From NCBI GenBank assembly GCA_032006665.1, contig DALZMP010000019.1, forward strand, positions 16,518 through 80,517: a stretch of DNA of 64,000 bases, given 5' to 3'. The DNA comes from Sedimentibacter sp. GTDB lineage: Bacteria; Bacillota; Clostridia; Tissierellales; Sedimentibacteraceae. Below, one piece after another: positions 37,312 to 47,288 of the stretch. The position numbers and the translations under genes were made by a program. A model generated the notes under the pieces. That model was not told the origin of the DNA. It did not search any database and worked only from the letters and a program-made list of their open reading frames with translations. Within the stretch, counting starts at the first letter, position 1. Each line of letters starts with the position of its first letter.

Positions 37312-39222
37312 ATGCAGTCAGAAATTTATGATATAATTTCCATCTTGGCGAAAGACATAAAAGCCAAGATACCAGAAGGATATGAAAAAGAGTATTATAG
37401 AAAAATGTCTTACTCAAGTGTAAACAGAATAATAGAACTTGAAAAGAATCTATTACGTGAAACTATTAGTTTTGAAGTTGCATTTGTTCATGTAATTATG
37501 TTTATTTTTAATAGATGTTTTAATGCGAAAAATGTAAATTACAATATCTTGTTAGAGCGATTTGATGTAAATGCATTGTTTTCTTGGTACAGTATGACAG
37601 ATAAATTTATTGCTGATAATTTTGAAAATATTAATTTGCAGGAATTTTCTGATATTTATGAATTAGTTAATCAGCACGATACATTTATTAATAAAGATAT
37701 CAAAAAAAAATTAGGACAATTTTATACTCCGACAAGTATTGTACAAAGAATGGTGTTTGAAATTAAAAACAACTTAAAGTCTCTAGTTAATACTGATTTA
37801 CTAATTGACCCGGCATGTGGAACAGGTGTTTTTATAATAGAAATAATTGAAGAACTAAAAAATATATTCCAACAATCTGAAGTAATTGAGTATATAAAAA
37901 ACAATATATTTGCTTACGATGTGAATCCCTTTGCAGTTATTGCAACAAAAATAAATATAGTATATATTTTATTGAAAGAATTTCCAGAAGAGAAAGATAA
38001 AATCCTAGATTTTATAGTTAATGATAATAATGCGTTCTGCAACATTCAATGGAAAAACACTATCGTAGAACCAGACAATAATATTTATACAATTATTTTG
38101 GGAAACCCGCCATATTTTAAGCTCAACAACGCATTGATAAAAGACATTAGCGGATATGATGAAATTTTATATGGACAACCTAACATTTATTCTTTTTTTA
38201 TGTATTGGGGTATGAATCATTTAAAGAAAGATGGCGCCATGAGCTTTATTGTTCCACAATCTATAAGATCAGGTCTTTATTTTAAAAATCTTAGATCTAA
38301 AATGAAAGATTTAAGAATTAGATCATTAATACATATAGACTCTAGGCAAAATGTATTTGATCGAGCGGAGCAGGCGGTATTAATTATTTGTTTGGAAAAC
38401 AAACCAGTTGCAAATAGTAAAACTAAAATTCAATTTTACAATGGGAATGGAACGATTAATACTGAGTTTAAAATATCTCGATCTAAACTAATGATGGATG
38501 AAAGAAATAATCATATATTTGTAATCAGTAAAAGAATCGAAATGTATAGCATTTTAGATAAAATATTTAAAAATAGTTTACCTTTGGATAGTGAAAAATT
38601 GAAATTAAAATTTTGTAATGGCCTTTTTGTTTGGAATCAACATAAAAAAGATATTGTTGATAAAGAAGCAACAGCCATACCGGTTATTTATGGTGGTAAT
38701 GTACAGCCATTAGAGTTCAATTTTTCTTTGTGCTCTACCAATACGGAAAGAAAACAATATGCTTTAATATCAGAAAAAACAAAATCATATGTGCTAAGCG
38801 GAAAAAGGTTACTAATTCAACGAACTACCAATTTTGAAAGAGATATTCGCTTAAAATCATGTATAATATCAGATGACTTTTTAGAAATATATGAAAATTA
38901 TTTTTTAGAAAACCATGTGAATTTCTTATGCAGCAGTGAAGGAAAAGATGAACTCCTCAGTTTAGAAAAGATGTATTACTATTTAGGGATGCTTAATTCA
39001 AAGTTAGTGAATTATATTTTTACGAGTAAAAGTGGTAATACTCAAGTATCCGCCAATGAACTTAATTCGCTTCCCTTTCCAAATAATGGGTTCGAAATAA
39101 TTTCACGATTTGTATCTAACCATGTAAATGAATTGCAAGAACATCAGCAGGAATTAGATATGCTTGTTTGCAATGCATACGGATTATCTGAGGATGAAAC
39201 AAACTTTATTATAAATTATTGA
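37312..39222 (+). CDS. N6-adenine DNA methyltransferase (Eco57I/TaqI-like) with C-terminal recognition domain
   Basis: GQFYTP, DPACGTGVF, GNPPY, LNSKLVNY...ELNSLP. Confidence 0.9.
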   Translation: MQSEIYDIISILAKDIKAKIPEGYEKEYYRKMSYSSVNRIIELEKNLLRETISFEVAFVHVIMFIFNRCFNAKNVNYNILLERFDVNALFSWYSMTDKFIADNFENINLQEFSDIYELVNQHDTFINKDIKKKLGQFYTPTSIVQRMVFEIKNNLKSLVNTDLLIDPACGTGVFIIEIIEELKNIFQQSEVIEYIKNNIFAYDVNPFAVIATKINIVYILLKEFPEEKDKILDFIVNDNNAFCNIQWKNTIVEPDNNIYTIILGNPPYFKLNNALIKDISGYDEILYGQPNIYSFFMYWGMNHLKKDGAMSFIVPQSIRSGLYFKNLRSKMKDLRIRSLIHIDSRQNVFDRAEQAVLIICLENKPVANSKTKIQFYNGNGTINTEFKISRSKLMMDERNNHIFVISKRIEMYSILDKIFKNSLPLDSEKLKLKFCNGLFVWNQHKKDIVDKEATAIPVIYGGNVQPLEFNFSLCSTNTERKQYALISEKTKSYVLSGKRLLIQRTTNFERDIRLKSCIISDDFLEIYENYFLENHVNFLCSSEGKDELLSLEKMYYYLGMLNSKLVNYIFTSKSGNTQVSANELNSLPFPNNGFEIISRFVSNHVNELQEHQQELDMLVCNAYGLSEDETNFIINY

Positions 39223-39231
39223 GGTGAGAGG

Positions 39232-41700
39232 ATGAAAAAATTAAGGTTTAGAACAAATTCACGGCATATTAGCCAATTAGGTAGAGAGCTAGTTACTGAT
39301 TTTGTTACTGCATTGGTTGAGCTAATTAAAAACTCATATGATGCTGATGCATATGGGGTGAAAATTATTTTAGATAAACCTAATACACCTGAAAGTAAAA
39401 TAATTCTTATTGATACTGGTTCGGGCATGACTCAAGAAGATTTTGAGAACAAATGGATGGTAATAGGAACTAATAATAAGGTAACAGAACCCTTTTCGGC
39501 TAAGGGAAGAAAGAAAGCTGGGAAAAAAGGTATTGGACGTTTTTCCGTAGAAAGAATTGCCGAAAAAGTAAGTATTTATTCTTTCACTGATTCAGAACAG
39601 CCGTATAAGGTAAAAATCAATTGGAATAGTTTTGAAGAAATAAATATTGCCGCATTAAATCAAAGGATTAATATATTAAAGGATCATAAAGACTCGTCTG
39701 CAGCTAAGTACATTAGTAGTCAATTAGAATATTTCTTTTTAACTGACAAAGTGGATGAAGCGGATAAAAATTCTGTTGTAACCATTATGGGTAGTACTAC
39801 ATTTGAGTATCCCATTTTTTATAATGTAGATAAACTTAACGAACTTGAAAAAGAGATTGTTCCCATTTTAAAGCAGTACGAAAATATCGAACAATTGGTT
39901 GAAGATGTCGAGAGCTCATTAGAAATAATAGATGTTAATAATGAGCCAGTGGCTTTTTCAATGATAGACGAGTTATACCAAAAATATAAATTATCTGCTC
40001 CGCAAACAGGTATGATCTTAGTAATGGAAGGACTTAGAGATGAGTGGAAGCAAAAAGATATTGATAAATTGCAAAAAGAATTAAGGCTTCTCGTCGCTCC
40101 AAACTTAATTGAAAAAGATCCTTTTAAAATAGAACTTATTGCTTCAGAATTTAGTATAGAGGATATCATTCTAGTAAATGAAATTCTTGATTTGAGATAT
40201 GCAAAAGTTGATGCGAAAATATATGATAAAGCTAAAAAGATATACATATCATATAAAGATAAGGATGGTAAAACCGATTTAATAGAAGAAGAATTTGAAC
40301 AGCCTCTCTTGTGTGGTGATGTATATGCAGAAATATATTTCTTCCTTAGAGATGCAAATAATCTTACAAATTCAGGTGCTGGGTATAATTTTAGATTTGC
40401 TCAAAAGATGCTAGATACTTATTGTGGAATTAAAATTTATCGTGATAATTTTCGAGTTAAACCTTTTGGCGATATTGGAAATGATTGGCTATTTCTGGAT
40501 CAAAAGAAGGTTAAAGACACTCATGGATATCTAGTTGGTAATAATCAGGTTATAGGTGTTGTAAAGATTGGAGATGTTACTAATCCCCTACTTGTTGATG
40601 CAACCAATAGAGAAGGTATTATTGAAAACGAGGCATATGAACAACTCAAAAACTTTTTAACTAAATGCACTAATTTAATTAGTGATGTTAGAAGAAGGGC
40701 ATATTTGGCAGACCAAGAAAATGGGAAAAAGCTAGCAGCGGAAAAAGAAAAAATAGATGCTCAATTCGATAATGTTAGAAAGCAATATCAAGATAATTCA
40801 TTTATGAAACAAATTGAAGAAGTAACGCAAACTACTGATCATAAAGCTATTCCAGAAAAATTGGAGCAACTTGCCAAGGCATATATAGAGGATTCAGAAA
40901 AGAAAAAGGCAGATATACAAAAATTACAAAATGATTACGATCACCATTATAGTGAAACAAAAAGAATTTACCAGGATAAAATTAACTTTCAAGAGAGTGA
41001 GCTAAATTTATATAAAAACCTAGCTTCGCTCGGAATGCTGACTGGATCATTTGGGCATGAAACAAGTGATATTGTAAGCCGAATACAAACAAGTTTGCAT
41101 TTAATAAATGTATATTTAGATAAGGATGTAGACAAAAATCAAATCAAGGATGTAGTAGATATTGTTAGTGGTGATTTTGGTAGAATATATGCATATAGCA
41201 ACTTGATAGTGAATTTTCTAAGGAAGCGGAAGCGAGAGGAAACGACTGATTTAGAATTTGGGGGTGTTTTAGCAGAAGTAACTGGCTTCTACAGTGCTAT
41301 AGTGAATTCGTTCAATGTTACATTAGATACAAAATGTGAGCAACAAATTATTTATCCTATGAAGCAAATCGACTTAGAATCGATTATTATCAATATGATT
41401 ACCAATGCCTTTGAACAAGTAAAGGGCAAGCAAATTCGCCAAATTAGAATTTGCATTAATCATAGCTTATCTCATATTATTTTAAACTTTGAGGATTCTG
41501 GAGATGGTGTTCCAAAAGGAAAAGAAAATGATATTTTTAGACCTTTTGAAACAACTAAAGAAGAAGGAATTGGTTTAGGCTTGAATATTGTTAAGGATAT
41601 TGTGGAAAACTATGGTGGAGAAATAAAAGTGGAACGCTCAGAGACTCTACATGGTGCAAAATTTGTTGTGCTATTACCTAAAGGAGGTAACGAAGAATGA
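39232..41700 (+). CDS. GHKL (MORC/MutL-like) ATPase fused to a histidine kinase
   Basis: N-term ELIKNSYDADA, DTGSGM, GKKGIGRFS; C-term FGHE H-box, NMITNA, DSGDGV, FETTK, GIGLGL; no TM. Confidence 0.88.
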   Translation: MKKLRFRTNSRHISQLGRELVTDFVTALVELIKNSYDADAYGVKIILDKPNTPESKIILIDTGSGMTQEDFENKWMVIGTNNKVTEPFSAKGRKKAGKKGIGRFSVERIAEKVSIYSFTDSEQPYKVKINWNSFEEINIAALNQRINILKDHKDSSAAKYISSQLEYFFLTDKVDEADKNSVVTIMGSTTFEYPIFYNVDKLNELEKEIVPILKQYENIEQLVEDVESSLEIIDVNNEPVAFSMIDELYQKYKLSAPQTGMILVMEGLRDEWKQKDIDKLQKELRLLVAPNLIEKDPFKIELIASEFSIEDIILVNEILDLRYAKVDAKIYDKAKKIYISYKDKDGKTDLIEEEFEQPLLCGDVYAEIYFFLRDANNLTNSGAGYNFRFAQKMLDTYCGIKIYRDNFRVKPFGDIGNDWLFLDQKKVKDTHGYLVGNNQVIGVVKIGDVTNPLLVDATNREGIIENEAYEQLKNFLTKCTNLISDVRRRAYLADQENGKKLAAEKEKIDAQFDNVRKQYQDNSFMKQIEEVTQTTDHKAIPEKLEQLAKAYIEDSEKKKADIQKLQNDYDHHYSETKRIYQDKINFQESELNLYKNLASLGMLTGSFGHETSDIVSRIQTSLHLINVYLDKDVDKNQIKDVVDIVSGDFGRIYAYSNLIVNFLRKRKREETTDLEFGGVLAEVTGFYSAIVNSFNVTLDTKCEQQIIYPMKQIDLESIIINMITNAFEQVKGKQIRQIRICINHSLSHIILNFEDSGDGVPKGKENDIFRPFETTKEEGIGLGLNIVKDIVENYGGEIKVERSETLHGAKFVVLLPKGGNEE

Positions 41701-42191
41701 GTGAATTAAGAGGTCTATTTATAGAAGATGAAGTGGCTAATATAGACATTTACACAAAGTTATTTGCACTAGAAGGGCTGCATCTTGAATGCATTGATAA
41801 ATTACCTGCAACTTTAGACGGATTTTATGACATTGTCTTAGAAAGAGATGTTGATTTCTTAATTATTGATTATCATTTGGATAAGCAGGTTACTTATAAA
41901 GGGATTGATGTATTAAGAGAAATAAGAAAACATGATAGTACAATATATGCTGTATTGCTAACTAATTATCAACTTGAAGATTTTGCGGATCAATTTGGTG
42001 ATTATGATTACGAATTAAAAAAGGATGCAATTGTTGAGCGTTATGTAGATGTTGCTGAAAAGATTAAAAGAGCTTGCGAGCTACGAAAAGAAAATATGGT
42101 ATATAAAGGAATTGAGCAACAGGCAGAGGAAGAATCAGATACTATAAAGTTACTAAAAGAAATCAGTTCTAAATTAGATTCTAAGGAATGA
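41697..42191 (+). CDS. Stand-alone response-regulator receiver protein
   Basis: FIEDE, IIDYHL phosphoacceptor, LLTN, conserved K; no DNA-binding domain. Confidence 0.85.
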   Translation: MSELRGLFIEDEVANIDIYTKLFALEGLHLECIDKLPATLDGFYDIVLERDVDFLIIDYHLDKQVTYKGIDVLREIRKHDSTIYAVLLTNYQLEDFADQFGDYDYELKKDAIVERYVDVAEKIKRACELRKENMVYKGIEQQAEEESDTIKLLKEISSKLDSKE

Positions 42192-42207
42192 TTGGAGGTG
42201 CTTTAGA

Positions 42208-43158
42208 ATGGAATACCAACGAAAATTTAGATGGGCTAATTATGAAACACCGAAATGCAAAGAGTATCTTAGAAATGATTTTTCTCACGAATGTGCATAC
42301 TGTAAATTGCAGGAAAAAGAAGTTGGCCTTATAGATGCAAATTATTTTGAAATAGACCATTTTAGACCTCAATCAGACGATGATCAAGCTTTTAATTCTC
42401 ATTTGTATAGTAATCTTTATTATGCATGTGAAAAATGCAATGGTGAAAAAAGTGATACTTGGAGCGAAGCATTACTTGATCCGTGTAAAGAAGATGTTTT
42501 TTCTGGTGTATGTCCCCCGATTATCGGGGGATATAATGCGGATACATTGTATAAGTATGTTGCGCAAGATGACAAAGGAAGCTATTATATTGATACATTC
42601 AAATTGAATTCTAGATATCATATAAGGATTAGAAAGCGAAGAATTAATAGGCAAAACAATATCCATCAAATTGATGCTCTAATGGATGAAATTTTACATA
42701 AGTTCGAAAGTAAAAAGAATATCGCAAATCTAGATCAATTGATTAAGCAGTTAGATCATTTGAGGTTAAGCAAAAAAGAAGAATTATCTAATCTATCTAA
42801 AGATGAGAAGTTTGAGTCAGTGGAAGAGTATCTTACGCTTCGGGATATTAAAAACAGCATTGTATTCGAAGAATATAATATGGACATTAAAATTAAAATT
42901 GAAGAAGTTAGTTATTACTGTGAACTTGTTGTAGATAATTCTGACGATGATAACGAAGTTAAACTAAAGTTCTTAGATACAGAAAAATTAACTATATGGT
43001 TCGAAAAACTGAGATATCAATTTGGCATACTTTATTATTACTCTAAATTGGACAAGTTATATTTCTATCCCATATCTAAGCTTATAAATAAAAGTGATAT
43101 TGCTAAATTTGGAAGTAGAAAACAAATTAAGTTAACAAAAGAGAATTTGATAACTTAA
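42208..43158 (+). CDS. HNH endonuclease with C-terminal extension
   Basis: CAYC, EIDHFRP, NLYYACEKCN.K. Confidence 0.88.
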   Translation: MEYQRKFRWANYETPKCKEYLRNDFSHECAYCKLQEKEVGLIDANYFEIDHFRPQSDDDQAFNSHLYSNLYYACEKCNGEKSDTWSEALLDPCKEDVFSGVCPPIIGGYNADTLYKYVAQDDKGSYYIDTFKLNSRYHIRIRKRRINRQNNIHQIDALMDEILHKFESKKNIANLDQLIKQLDHLRLSKKEELSNLSKDEKFESVEEYLTLRDIKNSIVFEEYNMDIKIKIEEVSYYCELVVDNSDDDNEVKLKFLDTEKLTIWFEKLRYQFGILYYYSKLDKLYFYPISKLINKSDIAKFGSRKQIKLTKENLIT

Positions 43159-43428
43159 AAGTAAGAATATACCTTCCTGCAAGGGTAACCAGGTTCGAAT
43201 CAAAATTACAGTTACAAGGCACGTCGAGACAGTTGTGTTGATATAGAAATATTATAATATAATAAAATTTCTAAACAACTTAAACATAAAAAAAGTTCGT
43301 TTATTTTGTTATCGACAGAGCGCATATTGAAAAATTACAATGTGTTAAAAGAAAACTTTCTATCATGTTATGCAGCTATTTATTAGATAATAAAAATATT
43401 GCAAATTTAATATATTAGGGGAGTCACA

Positions 43429-46008
43429 ATGATTACATCAGAAGAAATCAAAAGACGATTATGGGATGGCGCCAATGAATTAAGAGGTTCAATGGATGCA
43501 AGTAGATATAAAGACTATATGCTGGGTTTGATGTTTTATAAGTTTTTAAGTGATAAAACTTTAGATGCATTTAAAATCTCAGCAGGCATTAAGAATATAA
43601 AAGAAGAAGAGTTGGTAAAAGAATATAAAAAAGCTAGAGAAGACTATGGCAAAACTCTAGATAAAACTATTCAAAATGTTCTAGGTTATTATGTTGCTCC
43701 AGAATACTTATATCAAGTTTGGATAAATGATATTAACTCAGGAGATTTTGAAGTTCAGAAAGTTACTGATAGCTTACATAATTTTGAAAGATCTATATCT
43801 ATTGAAACTGGTTCCGATGATTTTAAAGGCTTATTCTCAAGTTCTACTATAGATTTAACAGATACAGCTTTAGGTAGCAACTTAAATGAACGTAGCAAAA
43901 ATATACAAGCTTTAATTATGCTCTTTGCAGATTTAAATATGATTTCCCTTCAAAAAGTAGATATTTTAGGGGATGCATATGAATATTTAATTGGACAATT
44001 TGCAATGGAATCTGGAAAGAAAGCAGGAGAGTTCTACACCCCACATCAAGTAAGCGAAGTTATGGCACAGATTGTTGCTAAATCATATAATATTGAATCA
44101 ATCTATGACCCAACGGTAGGATCTGGTTCATTATTATTAACTGTAGGTAAACATTTAGACTCTGATGCTCTAATAAATCTTAATTACTATGGACAAGAAA
44201 AAAATACTGCAACCTATAACTTAACCCGTATGAATTTACTGCTACATGGAGTTCGTCCTGCAAAGATGACAATAAGAAACGGCGATACTCTTTCTTATGA
44301 TTGGCCTGAAGACCCAGAAAGACCTAATGAAGGAGTTCAATTTGATGTAGTAGTTATGAATCCACCTTATTCTGTGAAAAATTGGAATCGTTCTGATTTA
44401 AAAGTAAGTGATCCACGCTTTGAAATTGCAGGTGTATTACCACCAGATTCAAAAGGCGATTTTGCGTTTCTATTACATGGATTATTCCATCTTAGACAAA
44501 GTGGAACAATGGCAATTGTTTTACCCCATGGAATATTATTCCGTGGTGGAGCAGAGGGAGAAATTCGTAAAAGATTAATTGATAAGAATTATATTGATAC
44601 GATCATAGGGCTACCAAGCAATCTATTTACTAATACTGGAATACCTGTAGTAGTGCTTATATTAAAAAAAAGCAGGAAATTAGATGAACCAGTACTTGTT
44701 ATTGATGCATCACAGGGATTTATAAAAGTGGGTAAACAAAATGTATTACAAGAAAAACATATTGCTAAGATTGTAGATACCTACTTAGCTAGAAGTAAAG
44801 AGGAGGGGTATAGTTCATTAGTATATAGAAAAGATATTTTGGAAAATGATTATAATATGAACATACCTAGATATGTAATAGCAAAAAGTGATGAAATTAG
44901 CCATGATGTTGACGCACATTTATTGGGTGGTATTCCAGAAAGTGATATCCAAAACTTAAAAATACTAAATACTATTGTACCAGATAATTTGACTAATGCC
45001 TTACAGTCTTTACGTACAGGATATGTTGAACTTATTAAAGAAATTACTAAATTAACAGATGAAATAATAAAAAGTGATCAGGTAAGTGTTAAGTCTGAAG
45101 AAATGAAAACAAGAATAAATGAGTATATAAATAAGTATTGGAAAATTTTAATAAAAGTTAATAAACAATCAAATATTAAAGAATTTATGGAAGATATGTT
45201 ATTAGAGATTAAGGAAATTTTATCTACATTTGGATTTATAAATATCTATGATGGATATCAAAGTATTGCTGAAATTTGGAAGAACTCCTTAAAAGGGGAT
45301 TTAGAAATAATATCCCTTAGTGATCTCTATACTGCAGCACGTACAAGGGAACCTTATATGGTTGTTAAAGGCTCAGGTAATAATAGAAGAGAGGAACAGG
45401 ATGGTTGGATAAGTAGTTTAATCCCAAATAAACTACTTATTAAACGACTATATGGTCTTGAGGCTTCAAATATTGAAAATCTAAAACAAGAAGTATCCGG
45501 GATGGAAATGAGATTAGAAGAATTAGTTGAAGCTGCAAAAGTTGAAGATTCTGATGAATATGAAATATTATATGAATGTCTTACAAAAAATAATGAGGGT
45601 GATCCAGGAAATTCTTTTGTTAGTAAAGCTATTAAAGATGAGCTTAAGAAATATAAGCGAGATACAGATGGATACAAATTATTAAAAGATATAGAAGATT
45701 TAATGTCCAATAGGTTACTAATTAATAAAGAAATACGAGAGAAGGAAAAAGAACTTAAAGAATTGGTTCAAGAACGCATTCTCGTACTAACAGAAGAAGA
45801 AATTGATGCCTTAGTTTATGAAAAGTGGTTTGGTAGCTTAATAGGAGAGATGATTGATTTAATTGAAAAACCATTGAAGAAGGAATTAGAAATCTTGAGA
45901 TTACTAGATGATCGTTATAAATCCACTTTAAATGATTTAGATGAAGAATATAGTGAACTGGAAACTAATTTTGAAAGTTTATTATCAGAGTTGGTGAGAA
46001 TATGCTAA
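43429..46008 (+). CDS. hsdM: Type I RM methyltransferase subunit (long form)
   Basis: LWDGANELRG, GEFYTP, DPTVGSG, NPPY, PHGILFRG. Confidence 0.96.
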   Translation: MITSEEIKRRLWDGANELRGSMDASRYKDYMLGLMFYKFLSDKTLDAFKISAGIKNIKEEELVKEYKKAREDYGKTLDKTIQNVLGYYVAPEYLYQVWINDINSGDFEVQKVTDSLHNFERSISIETGSDDFKGLFSSSTIDLTDTALGSNLNERSKNIQALIMLFADLNMISLQKVDILGDAYEYLIGQFAMESGKKAGEFYTPHQVSEVMAQIVAKSYNIESIYDPTVGSGSLLLTVGKHLDSDALINLNYYGQEKNTATYNLTRMNLLLHGVRPAKMTIRNGDTLSYDWPEDPERPNEGVQFDVVVMNPPYSVKNWNRSDLKVSDPRFEIAGVLPPDSKGDFAFLLHGLFHLRQSGTMAIVLPHGILFRGGAEGEIRKRLIDKNYIDTIIGLPSNLFTNTGIPVVVLILKKSRKLDEPVLVIDASQGFIKVGKQNVLQEKHIAKIVDTYLARSKEEGYSSLVYRKDILENDYNMNIPRYVIAKSDEISHDVDAHLLGGIPESDIQNLKILNTIVPDNLTNALQSLRTGYVELIKEITKLTDEIIKSDQVSVKSEEMKTRINEYINKYWKILIKVNKQSNIKEFMEDMLLEIKEILSTFGFINIYDGYQSIAEIWKNSLKGDLEIISLSDLYTAARTREPYMVVKGSGNNRREEQDGWISSLIPNKLLIKRLYGLEASNIENLKQEVSGMEMRLEELVEAAKVEDSDEYEILYECLTKNNEGDPGNSFVSKAIKDELKKYKRDTDGYKLLKDIEDLMSNRLLINKEIREKEKELKELVQERILVLTEEEIDALVYEKWFGSLIGEMIDLIEKPLKKELEILRLLDDRYKSTLNDLDEEYSELETNFESLLSELVRIC

Positions 46009-47270
46009 ATAATAAATCAATACCTAAAAAACGGTTTAAAGAGTTTGAAAATGATGAAGCTTGGGAGCAGCGTGAGTTATCCAATATATGCTCAATGCAT
46101 GCCCGAATTGGATGGCAAAATTTGAGAACATCAGAGTTTTTAGATACCGGCGATTACTATTTAGTTACAGGTACAGATTTTGACGATGGACGTATTAACT
46201 TTAACACATGTCATTATGTTGAAAAAAAACGATATGACCAAGATCCTAAGATACAGATTGATAATGGAAGTATTCTTATCACAAAAGACGGTACCCTAGG
46301 TAAAGTCGCTTTTGTAGAGGGCTTAGATAAACCTGCAACATTAAATGCAGGAGTTTTTAACGTGACAATTAAGTCGGAAAATATAAATGGTAAATATCTT
46401 TATCAATATTTAAAAGCCCCTTATTTAATGGACTATGTTAACAAACATGCAACTGGTGGGACAATCAAACATTTGAATCAAAATATTCTTGTAGATTTTC
46501 CTGTGCTGCTACCAAAAGCAGAAGAACAAAAGCGAATTGGCGAGATGTTTACTTACCTCGACAACCTTATCACCCTTCATCAGCGTAAGCTTAAAAAGCT
46601 TAAAGAATTAAAACTAGCTTATCTTTTAGAAATGTTTCCTGAAGAAGGAGAGAAATATCCTAAACGAAGATTTGCTGGTTTTACTGACCCTTGGGAACAG
46701 AGTAAGCTGGGTGAACTCATGAGTATAAGCTCTGTAAAGAGGATTCATCAATCTGATTGGACTGACTCAGGGATAAGATTCCTAAGAGCACGAGATATTG
46801 TATCGGCATCAAAAAATGAAGAACCTTCAGAATACCTATATATTTCTAAAGAAAAATACAATGAATATTCTGCTATTTCTGGGAAAGTAAATCCTGGAGA
46901 TTTACTTGTTACGGGTGTTGGCACAATTGGTGTTCCAATGCTAATTTTAGACGATAAACCTGTATATTTTAAGGATGGAAATATTATTTGGTTTAAAAAT
47001 GAAAATCGAATAAATGGTAAATTTTTTTATTACTCATTTATTGGAAAACAGATACAGGATTTTATTAATGAATCAGCGGGAACAGGAACAGTAGGAACAT
47101 ATACTATTGAGAGCGGAAAGAAGACCCTAATTTCATTACCAACTAGTGCTGAACAAGAGAAAATTGGTATCTTTTTCAATAGTCTAGACAACCTTATCAC
47201 CCTTCATCAACGTAAATTAGAAAAATTAGAAAATATTAAAAAAGCTTTCTTAAATGAAATGTTTGTGTAG
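46002..47270 (+). CDS. hsdS: Type I RM specificity subunit
   Basis: Two TRDs with repeated PKxRF..F...WEQ and EQ..IG..F..LDNLITLHQRK. Confidence 0.96.
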   Translation: MLNNKSIPKKRFKEFENDEAWEQRELSNICSMHARIGWQNLRTSEFLDTGDYYLVTGTDFDDGRINFNTCHYVEKKRYDQDPKIQIDNGSILITKDGTLGKVAFVEGLDKPATLNAGVFNVTIKSENINGKYLYQYLKAPYLMDYVNKHATGGTIKHLNQNILVDFPVLLPKAEEQKRIGEMFTYLDNLITLHQRKLKKLKELKLAYLLEMFPEEGEKYPKRRFAGFTDPWEQSKLGELMSISSVKRIHQSDWTDSGIRFLRARDIVSASKNEEPSEYLYISKEKYNEYSAISGKVNPGDLLVTGVGTIGVPMLILDDKPVYFKDGNIIWFKNENRINGKFFYYSFIGKQIQDFINESAGTGTVGTYTIESGKKTLISLPTSAEQEKIGIFFNSLDNLITLHQRKLEKLENIKKAFLNEMFV

Positions 47271-47288
47271 AGATAAAGGAGGTATTCT

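Noticed and set aside
43188..43205. GGTTCGAATC, a tRNA T-loop-like motif that might mark an att site
   Set aside because: No complementary T-stem, acceptor stem or second copy seen
46560..47216. Direct repeat GACAACCTTATCACCCTTCATCA in hsdS as a possible shufflon site
   Set aside because: These are the normal conserved HsdS repeats; no extra hsdS copies or recombinase nearby
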